From Vicugna vicugna (Eukaryota): 64,000 nucleotides of DNA. The notes beneath the pieces were generated by a model, which was given only the letters and a program-made list of their open reading frames with translations, was not told where the DNA came from and did not search any database. A program made the translations under genes and the position numbers. The stretch lies in NCBI GenBank assembly GCA_013265495.1, contig MU058844.1:12856184-12920183 (forward strand), given 5' to 3'. Positions 52,291 through 64,000 of this stretch are shown in pieces. Numbering within the stretch: the stretch's first letter is position 1; every line of letters starts with the position of its first letter.

Positions 52291-52877
52291 ACTACAAGTA
52301 AAAGTGGAGTCCACTTTATTAGTTTTTGGATCAATTTATCAAACTCTGTATTTGAAAGATGAATAAGAATTAGACCCTTCTTTTCAGGAACTCACAGTCA
52401 AGTATGGGACATGAAAAAGAAAACAAATAATTGAAGTACATTGTGATAAATACAGTAGTACAAATAGGTATGAGATGATTTGCTTCAGAGGAAGGGACAA
52501 CGAACTATGCCTATACAGTCAAAGCAGGACCTCCCAGAAGAGTTTGGTCTTGAATCTTGAGAGACACCCTGGCATTCTAGAAACAGCATGAATTTTAGAG
52601 TTAGTCCTAAGTTTGAATCAGCTCTGTTACTACCACTTACTGACATTGTTCAAGTTACTTAATATCTGTAAACCTCACTTTTTTCAATTATATAGAATAT
52701 ACCTAATATTTAGGGGTGGAGTGTGGCATTGTTTTAAAGATTTCAAAGAAGTAAACCATCTAGCATAGTGTCTTACAATTACAAGTGTTCCTACAAATGG
52801 ATATTTATTGCTTTATTGTTGTTTTCATTAATGTTATTATGTTAATTATCATTATAATTACCATCTTTGCTGATGAG

Positions 52878-53036
52878 TGGTTACCGAACTTCAGGTCCAG
52901 CTCTTGCTGCTCAGAAATCAGTACTCAGGAGAGGCAAATATTGGTAGAAAGGAAAGTTGCTTTAACCAGAATGCCGGCAATCTGAGGAGGTGGTGGACTC
53001 AGTGCCTGCAAAAACCAACTCCGAAGATTTCTGCTG
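52878..53036 (-). mobile_element. Truncated ERV LTR fragment
   Basis: gttaccgaac..aatcagtactc..gttgctttaaccagaatgccggcaatctg. GC/CpG-richer, with a minus-strand polyA-like signal. Confidence 0.55.
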
Positions 53037-53199
53037 AGACAAGAGGGGCCTCATGTAGAGAGCTGTTTCCTGCCAAAAGCTGCTTACACAATCAGAACCA
53101 GCCAGGAGCAGAATAGGTTAAAGGGATATAGACCAAGTAAGAGAGAATGTCAAAGCAGGAGAGATATAATAAACTGGAAGAGTAGGGAAGGATATCTGA

Positions 53200-53880
53200 G
53201 TTTTTATTTATTTTTTTATAGAGCCATAACTTACACATAGTTAAGTGCACAACTTTTTGTATTTTTAGCTGTGTGTCAACATGCGTAACCACTTCCCAGA
53301 TCCCCGGAAGACCCTCTCCTGCCCCTCCTAGTCGGTTCCTCCTGCAACAAAGATAAACTACTGTCCCAACCTCTAACATCATAGAGTAGGTTTGTTAGTT
53401 CCTGACCTTCATATGAATGGAATCATATGGTATGTTCTTTGCGGGGGAGGGGGGATGAGGAGACATGGCTTCTTTCACTCAATATTCTGTGTGTTGTTTT
53501 GTGTAGTGGTAACTGGTTCTTTTCCACTGCTGTGTGAATGTAATATAATGTGTTCATTTATTCTACTATGAACAGCCATTTGAGTTGGCTTCAGATTTTG
53601 CTATTATGAATAAAGCTACTGTGAACATTTTTGTACATGTCTTAATGAACATATGCACTCATCTCTGCTGGGTGTATTTAGGGTCAGAATTGCTCTGTGT
53701 TAGAATAAGAGTACTTTTAGCTTCAGTAAATACTGTCAAATAGTTTTTCGTAATGATCATGCTCTTTATATTCCCATCAGTAGTGAACAGAGTTCCAGTT
53801 GCTCCATATTCTAACCTGTATTTTGGATGGTATTAGTCCTTTTAGCCATTGTGATGAGGATGTAGGTTTCTATCTCATGG
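53200..53880 (-). mobile_element. L1MB-like 3' end
   Basis: atatgaatggaatcatatggtatg..gctattatgaataaagctactgtgaacatt. Confidence 0.75.
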
Positions 53881-54227
53881 TGGCAGTGAGGAGGATAGTA
53901 GGAAGAAAAATTACTACCTAATGTCACTAACAAGCAAACTTGGTGAAAAGTTGTGATCTGAAACTGTTCTACATTATTGATAATGGCCAATAACCATTCA
54001 AGGTTTTGTCTATAAATATCACATTAAAAAAAGTAAAGGAGTGATTTTAAAGTAATTTTAAATCCCCACACATGATAGAAAATAAATAAAAGCCTAAGAA
54101 GTATTTTGGCAGAGCCCTTTTGGCTTCTAATATACTTTCTGAACTGACATTTTAAGGTAGATTCTTTTGCACATTTTTAGGAAGCCAGCTTTATCCAGTC
54201 TAAAGAAAGAAACTTTCATGTAATGCC

Positions 54228-54518
54228 TTTTTATTTTTTGTTTGTTTTTTTTGGAGAGGAGGTACTTAGGTTTGTTTGTTTGTTTGTTTGTTTGTTTATT
54301 ATTTTTTAATGGAGGTACTGTGGATTGAACCCAGGACCTCATGCATGCTAAGCATGTGCTCTACCACTTGCGCTATACCCTCCCCACTTTAAATTTTTTT
54401 TATTGTCAGGGGGAGGTAGTTAGGCTTATTTATTTATTTTTAATGGAGATACTGGGGATTGAAACCAGGACTTGATGCATGCTAAACATGCACTCTGCAC
54501 TGAGCTATACCCTCCCTC
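54228..54518 (-). mobile_element. Head-to-tail pair of Vic-1-type tRNA-derived SINEs
   Basis: Units ~54228-54385 and ~54392-54518, each ggggagggtatagc..gtagagc..cctgggttcaat on the minus strand. Confidence 0.88.
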
Positions 54519-56462
54519 CTCATGTGATGATTTTTGCTTTGTTTACCTTGGAATTACCCTTAAAGACTTAGTGTACAATATGGCAGTATTTTCTTTTTAA
54601 GGCTTTTGAACATTTTTATATGGTCTTTGCATTTTATGCTAATCATCTACTTACTTGCATTTAGTTGAAACTCAAAGTATTTGATCAAACTTAGCCTTTT
54701 GCTTTATCCTGCTGTAATTTTAAATAACTTGGCAGTCATCAGGCCAGCTTTTAAAATAATGATTTGATTTGCAAGTTGGAGGTATAGAAAATCTTTTAAA
54801 ATGGGATTCATTTACTGGTCTGACAGATAATATACAACCTAGGTTTATGAAAGTCCTTTTCTAACATTTGAAACGTTTTGCAAGACATATTTGTATGTTA
54901 AAAAAAGTCTTATTCAGATTTATAACTTCTACCTTAATTTACTGTTATGTTTTAAAATAATATATGAATGGAGACACAGTGAAGTGGGTGTTCTTCTTAG
55001 TCTAATAAATGGGTTGGTCTAGATTCAGCTGAAACCAAACCCATGTTAGAGAAATTGAAGTAAGTCTGTTCTTATAGGAATAAAAAGACATTTTTTTCCA
55101 TTTAATTTATACTTTTAGAAAATATTTGTTCTCTTGTATATATATTTAGAAGTTCTTTGAAATAATTTTTTAGTTCACTAGTACCGAGAATTACTTATTA
55201 CAAAATGTTTATTACTCTGGAGAAATATTTTAGAATTTTTAAACTGAATTATGTAATTTTGGTTTGCTTTGCACTAAAGTTTCAAATTCTGGTACGTTTT
55301 TATTTAAAATTCCGTGTTGCATTTATAAAACAGTTTCCTCCCCCCCCCCCCCCCAGGGATTGACTGATCTTTCTCCTTACCAGAGATGGGGGGAAAAATT
55401 CCTTCTTTGTATTATAGAAAAAAAAAATCAGTAAAATCTCTGGATTAGGAAAATGGATTTTTTTTTTTTTTGGCTAATATAAATCAAATACAGAGTAAAT
55501 GGTATCACTGATATGCAGGAAATGATTTTTAAATACTTTAGGCAGTGGTACCACTGATGACTTTTTAAGTGCTGATTTATGAATGACTGTCCATATATTT
55601 TTAATATAAGCCTTTATTGGACTCAGAACAAATAATTGTAGGGAAGAGTTACTGTTACTTGCCTTCAAAAGTAGAAAGAACGTCATTAAAATAAATATTG
55701 TTGCTCTAATGCCTGCCACACGAATCTCAGCATTAACTTTCTTAATTGCACCCTTAGAACATTAACTTGTTAATTGTTACGTATTGTGTTACGTGATTAC
55801 AGGTGTGTGTTTATCCTAGCGTACTCATGTATTTTAAATTCATCCTGTTAGAATTTATATAGCAATAGTCAGTAACAATGATAATTTTAAGGGTCAGCGT
55901 TAACTGAATGCATACTGTGTGCAAATGCTATGCTCAGTGCTTTCTATGCATCCTCATTTAATTCTCACAATAAGCACATTATTAGATGTTTTTAAAAGTC
56001 TGTCCCTCAATTCAAATTTATTTCCCTAGTCGTCTTTTATCACCAATTCTGGAATGTTTTCCAGGTTGGCAATAGGTGTGAGAAGTATAACAGGTTGGTT
56101 CTATCAATTAGGATTCTTTGTGATACAACTGCTAACTGAAATAAAAGCTCATTGAGTCCTGAGGTCCTGAATTCATGCCAAGTGCTCTAGGAGGTATTTA
56201 GCTTATGTTGATGGGTTCAGGAAAAGACATCATTGCCTCTGTAAGCCTAGATTTATTCTAAGGAATTACTGTCCTAGAGATGATCCCTTAGAAGGCTTTA
56301 AACTATAATAGTTTAAAACTGTATGTTCAGTCTGGGTTTCTTGCACTGATGTACATCAAATACAGTGTATAGCTGAAATTGAATAACTTCTGTGCATTTG
56401 CTTTTTAACGCCTATATGTGTTCAAATCTAGTAATGCTGAGATAATGACAATGTTTTTAAAG

Positions 56463-56533
56463 GTTTTGAAAGAGGAAAGGAAGACATTTCTCAAAATAAG
56501 GATGAATCTTCACTTTCTATGTCAAAGAGCAAG
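56463..56533 (+). CDS. OSBPL8: OSBPL8 exon 5 (G-FERGKEDISQNKDESSLSMSKSK)
   Basis: ttaaag| acceptor, AAG|gtaagc donor, 71 nt, phase 1 to 0. Matches ORP8. Confidence 0.96.
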
Positions 56534-57814
56534 GTAAGCTTATTGTTATCTTCAAATATAGTCATGACATTTTTCTAATATTTAAGATGGGTGAATTAAC
56601 ACTGAAATCCTATCAGATATTTATGGGATTTTTTTATGTTGGTATATCTGAACCGTGTAGTATGTATGAAAAAGGGAAACTTCCACTGGGACTGATTTAG
56701 GTACTGTTGTTTACTTGGAAATACAACCTGTTGGTAACCAGAGTTCTCTCTGGAGGGATACTGTTTCTGGTATGTCTGCTAAAGCAGTACATCTTAAACG
56801 GAAGTCTCAGGATTCCATGTAGAGAAATAGTCAGGGTTTATTTATTTATTTTTTAATCCTTACGTGTTTTGGGTTCATTCAAATGACAATCAGAATATGT
56901 ACTTTTTTACCAGTTAAAAGCCAAACATCTCTTGCTGTAATAGCCTGCAATTGAAAGACATCTTCGTAGAATAAGACATAGTTCCCTAAATTAGTAATTC
57001 TCAAACTGGCATACTTGTACATATTCTTAAGCCTGTGAGAATGTTTTCTTTAAGAGTACTATCCAAATTTGAGAAGCACTGTATGATGCATTGGCTTTCC
57101 TGTAGGTCTGTAATTCACTAGATTTTCTATAATTTGTCAGTGGATTTGACTTCTGACTGTTATTTCTGGTCAGGTTTAGTAGCAGGAGAAGCTTTTTTGT
57201 TTGTGGAATCAAACTTCAATGACTGTAAGAAAATCTGTTTCTTAAGGTAGTAAATTCTCTGCTATTCTCAGCAGTAGGCTTTGCTTTTAAAACCGTACAT
57301 TTTTTGTTCTTGTTCTTGAGAGTGGCTGAGAGGATTCCATGATATGTTTTCATCATTTTCCATGATATGTTTTATACAAATTTTATTCACATTTAACTGT
57401 TCAAGTATTCATTACATAAAGGTCCATACTATATACTTCTATGTGTATAAGTACTTAGGATGAAAGTTTAGTAGTACTTTGTATAATGTATATGTGAGAA
57501 ATGCTTTTATCATTTTATATGAAATGTATGGTTAAAGGGGAAATAATTTATCTTGGTTCTTCTATGGTTAAAAATACAATAAAATTTACGAAATTTTTAA
57601 AACCTATTTTCAAGCAGTTAATACCAGAATTGGTGAATGTATTGTTCAGTGGTATTCCTACTCAAAAGCCTAAACCCCAGACCTACCTACCACAGCCATC
57701 TACCCGTAGTCTCTAAGTGGGAGGCGGATGGGGTGGGGAGGCCAGGGAGCCTGAAAAGCAAGTTTACATACCTAATGAAGAGGTGTGCATTAATGAAAAA
57801 AGCAAGCATAGGCT

Positions 57815-58025
57815 TTAGAACTGTACTTTTGAGTACAATAGCACCTAGTTGTATACGACTCTCTAAATTTAAATTAATTAAAATTAAATAAAACTAGAAA
57901 TTTGGTTCCTCAGTTACACTAGCCACATCTCAATAGCCCAATAGCCACATATGGCTAGTGGTTACCATACTGGACAACTCAGATATAGAACATTTCTGTT
58001 ATTCAGAAAGTTCTACTGTATAGCA
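57815..58025. mobile_element. MER33/MER3-like hAT MITE
   Basis: aaattaaataaaa..ttcctcagttacactagccacat..atagccacatatggctagtgg. Confidence 0.75.
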
Positions 58026-58109
58026 AGAAAGCACTCCTTTAGAGTCATGAAAGTCAGTTTGAGTCTTGACTCTCATATATTACCTGTGACTTCTTAGATG
58101 CTAATTACA

Positions 58110-58280
58110 ATGATATTAATAGCTACTTTGCATTAAGAGTTTGCTAAGTGTCATTTTAACTCTCATAGCAATAGTAGAAGACAGGCATTATTGGCCCCAT
58201 TTTATAAGTGAACAAACTGAAGCTTAGAGAAGTTAAATAACTCTCCAAGGGTCAAAGTGGTAGAGCTAGAATTCAGAGTG
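58110..58280 (-). mobile_element. MIR SINE
   Basis: ccccattttataagtgaacaaactgaagcttagagaagttaaataact. Confidence 0.7.
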
Positions 58281-59979
58281 GCTTCAGTTTTCTTACCTGA
58301 ACAAAGAAGAAAGATCTGCCTCCCAGACTGTGATGCTGCAAGTGCCTGACAAGTAGTTGGTTAATAATATGTATTTGAGAATTTATTTTCTTCCTTTGAA
58401 TAAAGAACTATAGTGAATGAATGGGCTTCTTGACATGGTAACTATTTGGTATAAGTAAAATTGTACTTATCCTGTTATTTTCCAAGAGCTAAATCTTACT
58501 GATTCTGTCTTAATTTAGATTTAATCTTGCTTCATTCTGTTAGTTTAAGAGTTGCAGTCATTAGTTTGTCCTTAAATATTTTAATGTATATCCCAGTCTG
58601 TTGTTTTTCAGAACAATCCTAAAATTTATGTATTTATCATGAAAACTTATTCTCATGGAATTCTGAAGATTTTGTTCTTACCCAAGTAACTTTGGGAAAC
58701 AAAATTTTGTTATTTCTTCTATGACCGATCTGCATAACTGAGACCATTAAGTCATTTTAATCTTATAATCTTATGAATTTGATGCAAAAAGTATCAATAC
58801 TGTCATTTTGGTCATTGGATTCAGTTAAGTGTTATTTCTTAAAAATACATAATTGAGATCAGTAAGTACTATCCTTCTTCCTCCCAACTCCTGCTATTTT
58901 TAAAATAAAGGCAAGATCTCATGCATCTTATAAATGAGTGAATTGGAAAAATCACTTAATGAAATCATCCCATCTTCCCGTGATCATTTTTAAGTACATT
59001 TTTAATTGTCCATCTCAATGAAAGGAACTACCAGCATGAGTAATACGTCCAGTGGGATAAAAAGGAGTCCTATTACCAGGATAATAGGTTTCTGAGCCTG
59101 GATCTCTTGACTTGATTCTCCAGCCAGCAGTCTGCTTGCCTGTACGTTTGCTAAGTCATATATCAATTGCTATAAAAAATATATTTACTTGGACATTTAA
59201 AAAGAAAAAAACCTTTCCAAACCAAAATCTCTGATAGAGTCATAGTAACTTATCATTATTGTTATCATTCCTCATATCTGCGGTATTTTATAGTTTTCAA
59301 AGCAAGTCTAAAGTATTCTCACATGTTAATGTTCCATTTATTTAAAGGTCATATTTTTAACAGCACTTGCAGTCTAGAGGATTGTCACAAACCTGAAACA
59401 CAGTATATACCAAGTACTATGTTAAACACATCATGCACACAACCTCATTTAACCCTCAGAGCAACCCTGTGGGTGGTAGGAATGTCCTCATTTACAAGTG
59501 AGACAACTAAGATTGGAAGAGATTGAATAACTTCTCATAGTAGCACAGTCCGTAAAGTGTCATCATTAAGACAGTGGTCAGTAAGGTTATAAAAGAAGGA
59601 AAACTTAGGTTAGTAAAGTATTTCCAACAAAAACAGTTTATAATTTTTGGTATTTAAAAGGTCATTTGTTGATTTAGAAAACTTAGGTAATAACTGTTAA
59701 GAAGACTACAGAACTTGGTACTGGATTATTACTATTATTATTTTCAGAACTAGCTGCACAGTATGGCAAGCATTCCTTGAAGTATGTGTGCTATAATTTA
59801 TGAAGCTCATGTGACTCCCTTCTGGACTGCTGGTCCCTTATATACTAGAATCTTTTAGGAATCTCCAAGCCAGATCTTGTCATGTCTGAGGAAATAGATT
59901 TCCTACTGTTCATGAAAGTAAGTCTTAAATTTGGGTCTGAGATTCTGTATGAACCGTTTTAAAAGGTAAGAAATCAGTG

Positions 59980-60190
59980 TAGTGAGATGGTTAAGAACAT
60001 GACACTGAGAATTAGGCACCCAGAGTACGATCATCTACTTATGGCTCTGTGACTTTGGGAAGTCATTTCATCTGTTAGTCTTAGTTTCCTTGTTAGCAAA
60101 AAGGGGATACTACAGCGATCTCATAGAGTCGCTTTGAGGATTAAATGAGGTAGGGCACGTGAAGTATTTATCATAGTATTTGGTAAAGAG
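59980..60190 (+). mobile_element. MIR SINE
   Basis: gctctgtgactttgggaagtcattt..gaggattaaatgagg. Confidence 0.7.
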
Positions 60191-60264
60191 TTAAACAGCC
60201 ATTCATCTTCATTAACTTTTAAGCTAATACTATTAGTATTTTTTACTTAATAGTATCTAAATGA

Positions 60265-60350
60265 ATGTATGTGTATAAATACATGACTGGGACATTGTGC
60301 TGTACATTAGAAACTGACACATTGTAACTGACTGTACTTCAATTAAAAAA
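60265..60350 (+). mobile_element. Short camelid-type L1 3' end
   Basis: catgactgggacattgtgctgtaca..gacacattgtaactgactgtacttcaattaaaaaa. Confidence 0.7.
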
Positions 60351-61905
60351 TAGTGTCTAAGAAGTACATTACAATACACATTTTCCTTTTAAGCTGTGGG
60401 AAATATAAACCATCATATTCCTCTGACAGTAGTGGCCATCTTTGGGTTTCCAGGGGCAAGGAGAGGACAGAACTGTTTGGCTTGAGGCCTTTTGTGAAAT
60501 TGTTTGGATATCACAATATATTCCATCATCATGGGAGTAAACAATATGAGTTTCAAGTACAATTCTTAAAATTTTAATTTGGTTAATCCCCACCTTCCCA
60601 ACTGAGTGTAGTTTGCAGTTCCCATCCACTTCAGCCAGTTATTACCATCACCATAATCATATTTTGTACTGAGTAGCAGAGGCGTTTTCAGGAGAGATGA
60701 GAGAAATGAGCTGCAGATATTAATTTCATTTTCATTTTATTAATTCATCAGGTATTTATTAAGCCCTTCCTTTTCCCCAGATGATACCTTGGTACAGTTG
60801 ATGAATAACATGGCCCCTGTCCTCATGGATCTCATTGAGTGAGGGAGTTTATGCCCAAAGTTTTTTGTCCTTGATCACATCTAATGATATTATGCAGATC
60901 TGGCCATTAAACATTTGAAAGCTGCCATTTGGATCAAGCCCCATATACCTTATTGGCAGTGAGAGTAATGCTGCACCTTCTCCCGTGTCTAACAATAGGT
61001 AAAAATGAAAATCATAGGACAGTAAAGGAATATGTTCAATTTTATTGCTCTAGGATTTATAAGAACAGTTTTTAGTTTTATATTATTCTACTCTGGTGGA
61101 AGAATGTAGTCTCCTTGAAAGAGTGCTGGATTAGGAGACCCAGGTCCTGATCCCTGCAATTGACTGATTGTTTAGAAAATCAACCTCCCTGAGCCTCCTT
61201 TTCATGATTTGTAAGATGGAGATAAAACCACTTTTTATGCCTGTTTTTCAAGGTTTTTAATGAAGATCAAATTGAAATATCAAGTATAAACAAAATCAAG
61301 AAAAGAGTTTAAGACATTAATAATAATTTAGGATACTGGATAGGTAGGAAGAAGTGGATTCTAGGAATATCGGTTTTTTAAACACTGTACAAATTAGATA
61401 GGTTGTTTCAATACTAGTTTCTGAGATGTTTGTATTTCTTCCCCTTGGAGAAGGAGTAGCAACAGGGCAATGTATGTAGCAACTTGCTAGAATGCACATG
61501 GTTTGGGTTTTGTTTTGTTTTTTAAGAACATTTCAACTGTTAAAAAATTACATTGTTTTGGATACTTTTGTCCTAAAAATAACAGTAATTGTGTAAAACA
61601 ATTGTATTTTTCAGAAATACTCTGGAAAACGGAATGCAAAAATTTACTAACATTATCTTATTTAACCTCCCATTATAAATTAATTTATTGATTAGTTTTT
61701 TGTTTTTTTGTTTTTGTGGATTTAATGTGGATTAGTTTTCAAACCCAAATACTGTATAAGGAAAATCAGTATTTGAAAATTGACATTTTGGGAAGAATGT
61801 CACAAATATAGTTTTAACACTAATTTTTATATACCATATATAGTTATAGAATAAGTGATGGTTTTAATTATTATTTCTCATTTGTTCATTTCTGTGTGAT
61901 TTCAG

Positions 61906-61983
61906 TCTGAATCTAAACTTTATAATGGGTCAGAGAAGGATAGTTCAGCTTCAAGCAAGCTCACAAAAAAAGAATCTCTCAAG
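61906..61983 (+). CDS. OSBPL8: OSBPL8 exon 6 (SESKLYNGSEKDSSASSKLTKKESLK)
   Basis: ttcag| acceptor, AAG|gttagt donor, 78 nt, phase 0 to 0. Confidence 0.96.
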
Positions 61984-62994
61984 GTTAGTTTTCATGGTTA
62001 TTTCATAACTAACATTATGCTTTGCATATGCTTTGGGGAGTAGGCTAACAAGATAAAGAAAAAATATCTGTCTTCCTAAAGGAAGAAAAAAATGTTAATG
62101 TTTGTGTGGCACACTAAAGTCAACTGAAAAGACTCTTTGATGACTGTCCCAATGTTGCTTCTGGGCTCAACTGGGTGCTCTAGGGGCCAAGGACTAGAAG
62201 TTTCTGCACAGCTGTACTTGAGCCAGACACATCACTGTGCTGTTGGAACACCTGACAGGAAGCTCCAGTACCCTCTGAAATTTGAGTTTACTAATTGCTA
62301 GGTCATGGGCTAAATTTGGCCCACAGGTAGATACATTTTTTTTGACCTACCCAATGTTTTAAAAATTTGAGCCAACAATTACAAGCCTAGACTTCCAGCT
62401 TCTCTCAAGAAATATATAATATTGGGCCTGCCTGGACCTTAAGGACCACATGCTTTCCAAATGATTCTTGATTCCTGTGTGCTCTGTTTTGCACCCTGCC
62501 CTCTTTTTCGTATCTGATGCTGTATGTATTTGCATTTGCAATCCCATATCAAATGTGTTAATTTGGATATGCATATTAATATAATAAAGACCAAAGTTCA
62601 AAATTTTTTGACTGTATAATTATTAAAATTGTTATGTGTTATGTAGCCTTTTTATCATTAAATGCAACTAGGAAGATTTTTGTGTTAAAAAAACCACAGA
62701 TAGGTTATCTTCTCCCATCCATATAATAACAGCAAAACAATGATAAGATTGCATTAATCCATTGCTGCCTTCCCAAATCACTCAGAAGTGACTTATGAAG
62801 GGTAAAACTTTAAAAATTTAAATGAATTCATTTCACTGTTGTGGTTTCTTCATTATCTATATGTTATATATTAGTATCAGGAAAGAGCAAAATTGCCAGC
62901 TGTAAACAATTGCAGCATTGTTTGTAATATGAAAAACTGACAACAGAATAGATTTCCATCAGTAAGGGAATATATTAAGAAAAATTATAGAAAC

Positions 62995-63232
62995 ACCATA
63001 GCTTGGTGGTTAAAAGCGTATCTTTTAGAGCCAGTCTGCCTCTATTTGAATTCTGCCTCCATGACTTACTAGCTATATGGTCCTGGGCAAGTCTATGCCT
63101 CACTTTTCTCATTTGTTAAATAAAGATAATGATAATCTTACTTCTCAAGGTTATTGGGAGGATTAAATGAGGTAATACATGTAAAATGCTTAGAAAAGTG
63201 ACTGGTACACAGAATGTGCCTAGTAAATGTTA
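62995..63232 (+). mobile_element. MIR SINE (near full length)
   Basis: gtggttaaaagc..acttactagct..tgggcaagt..gaggattaaatgaggtaatacatgtaaaatgcttagaa. Confidence 0.85.
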
Positions 63233-63356
63233 CCTCTTAGTATTTTATTCATACTGAGAATCCTATGTAGCAGTTAAAAGAACGAGGTAGACATGAAGTG
63301 GAAATAGAATTGAAACACTTCAAAAAATACTGCATAGGAGAACCTTTTTTATGTGT

Positions 63357-63405
<49 letters not shown>

Positions 63406-63406
63406 A
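63357..63406. repeat. (TAAA)n microsatellite
   Basis: Directly visible. Confidence 0.95.
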
Positions 63407-63832
63407 GCTACATATTTCTATAGGTTTTTACAAAGAAAAGGCCTGAAAGAATAGTGTTTTCCAGAAGGTTAACAGTGATCAGTTCTAGGGATCAGAATAG
63501 GATATGGTCAAATAAAAACTGCTTTTAGCTTTATTTATGTTGTTTGACATTTTTTCCATGCGATCATATTCATGTGTTGTGTCATTTAAAAAAAAGTAAA
63601 ATTCTTTAAAAATATACAGAGAACTGGACTTATGATCAGAAGAATTAGATTCTAATCTGTCTTGTCTAAAAAGTCCAACCAGCTCTTAAAAAAAGTTCTT
63701 CTATCCTAAGATGCTAGAATTCTAAAAGAGGTTTAGAATTTTATACTCTACATTTCTATAGAGCTAAAAAATTGAAAAGAAATTGCCTATTTCTAATGAA
63801 TTTTTAATTTTTCCATTATTTCTATAAAATAG

Positions 63833-63934
63833 GTACAAAAGAAAAATTACCGAGAGGAAAAGAAAAGAGCCACAAAGGAGTTACTCAGTACAATCACAGA
63901 CCCTTCTGTTATTGTTATGGCTGATTGGTTGAAG
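63833..63934 (+). CDS. OSBPL8: OSBPL8 exon 7 (VQKKNYREEKKRATKELLSTITDPSVIVMADWLK), polybasic segment and start of PH domain
   Basis: aatag| acceptor, AAG|gtcagt donor, 102 nt. Identical to recalled ORP8 sequence. Confidence 0.97.
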
Positions 63935-64000
63935 GTCAGTTTGTATTGACTCTTGAATTCAAATCATTGGATATTTACCTATAGGAATAGGAAAGTGCAC

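Noticed and set aside
54305..54385. tRNA-like sequence with A/B boxes
   Set aside because: SINE head with AT-rich tail and multiple diverged copies, not a tRNA gene.
55339..55354. Poly-C run (G-quadruplex potential on minus strand)
   Set aside because: Simple homopolymer of uncertain length with no supporting context.
57335..57373. 16-bp direct repeat ttccatgatatgtttt x2
   Set aside because: Only two copies with a 7-nt spacer. Ordinary slippage/micro-duplication, not CRISPR-like.
1..64000. Prokaryotic-type systems (CRISPR, operons, defence islands) or a CpG-island promoter
   Set aside because: Sequence is mammalian intronic DNA. No such arrays are seen, and the main OSBPL8 promoter/exon 1 must lie upstream of the window.

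Overview
AT-rich, repeat-laden mammalian genomic DNA, probably camelid (tRNA-derived Vic-1-type SINEs, camelid-type L1 3' ends). The window lies inside the 5' half of OSBPL8 (ORP8, ER-anchored PS/PI4P lipid-exchange protein) on the + strand. Six canonical exons (human exons 2-7 equivalents) splice in frame to give MESSLADGEPDRTL...VIVMADWLK (156 aa, up to the start of the PH domain). Almost all ORFs in the supplied track are noise or repeat remnants. The most interesting signal is a set of N-terminus-switching elements. (1) An intronic, Kozak-flanked, phase-1 exon at 48664-48808 encodes an ORP5(OSBPL5)-like N-terminus that can splice to exon 5. (2) The 37-nt frame-switch exon 3 has a distant branch point, and skipping it converts the long start into a uORF (ORP8L/ORP8S switch). 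(3) Exon 4 has a GAG/TAG tandem acceptor, exon 2 has two stop-start-coupled uORFs, and there are further candidate in-frame cassette exons. Also present: a ~130-bp inverted duplication ending in a Tigger TIR and a chimeric L1/3'UTR-like retro-insertion with a 46-bp target duplication. Repeat family names and boundaries are from visual recognition and are approximate.
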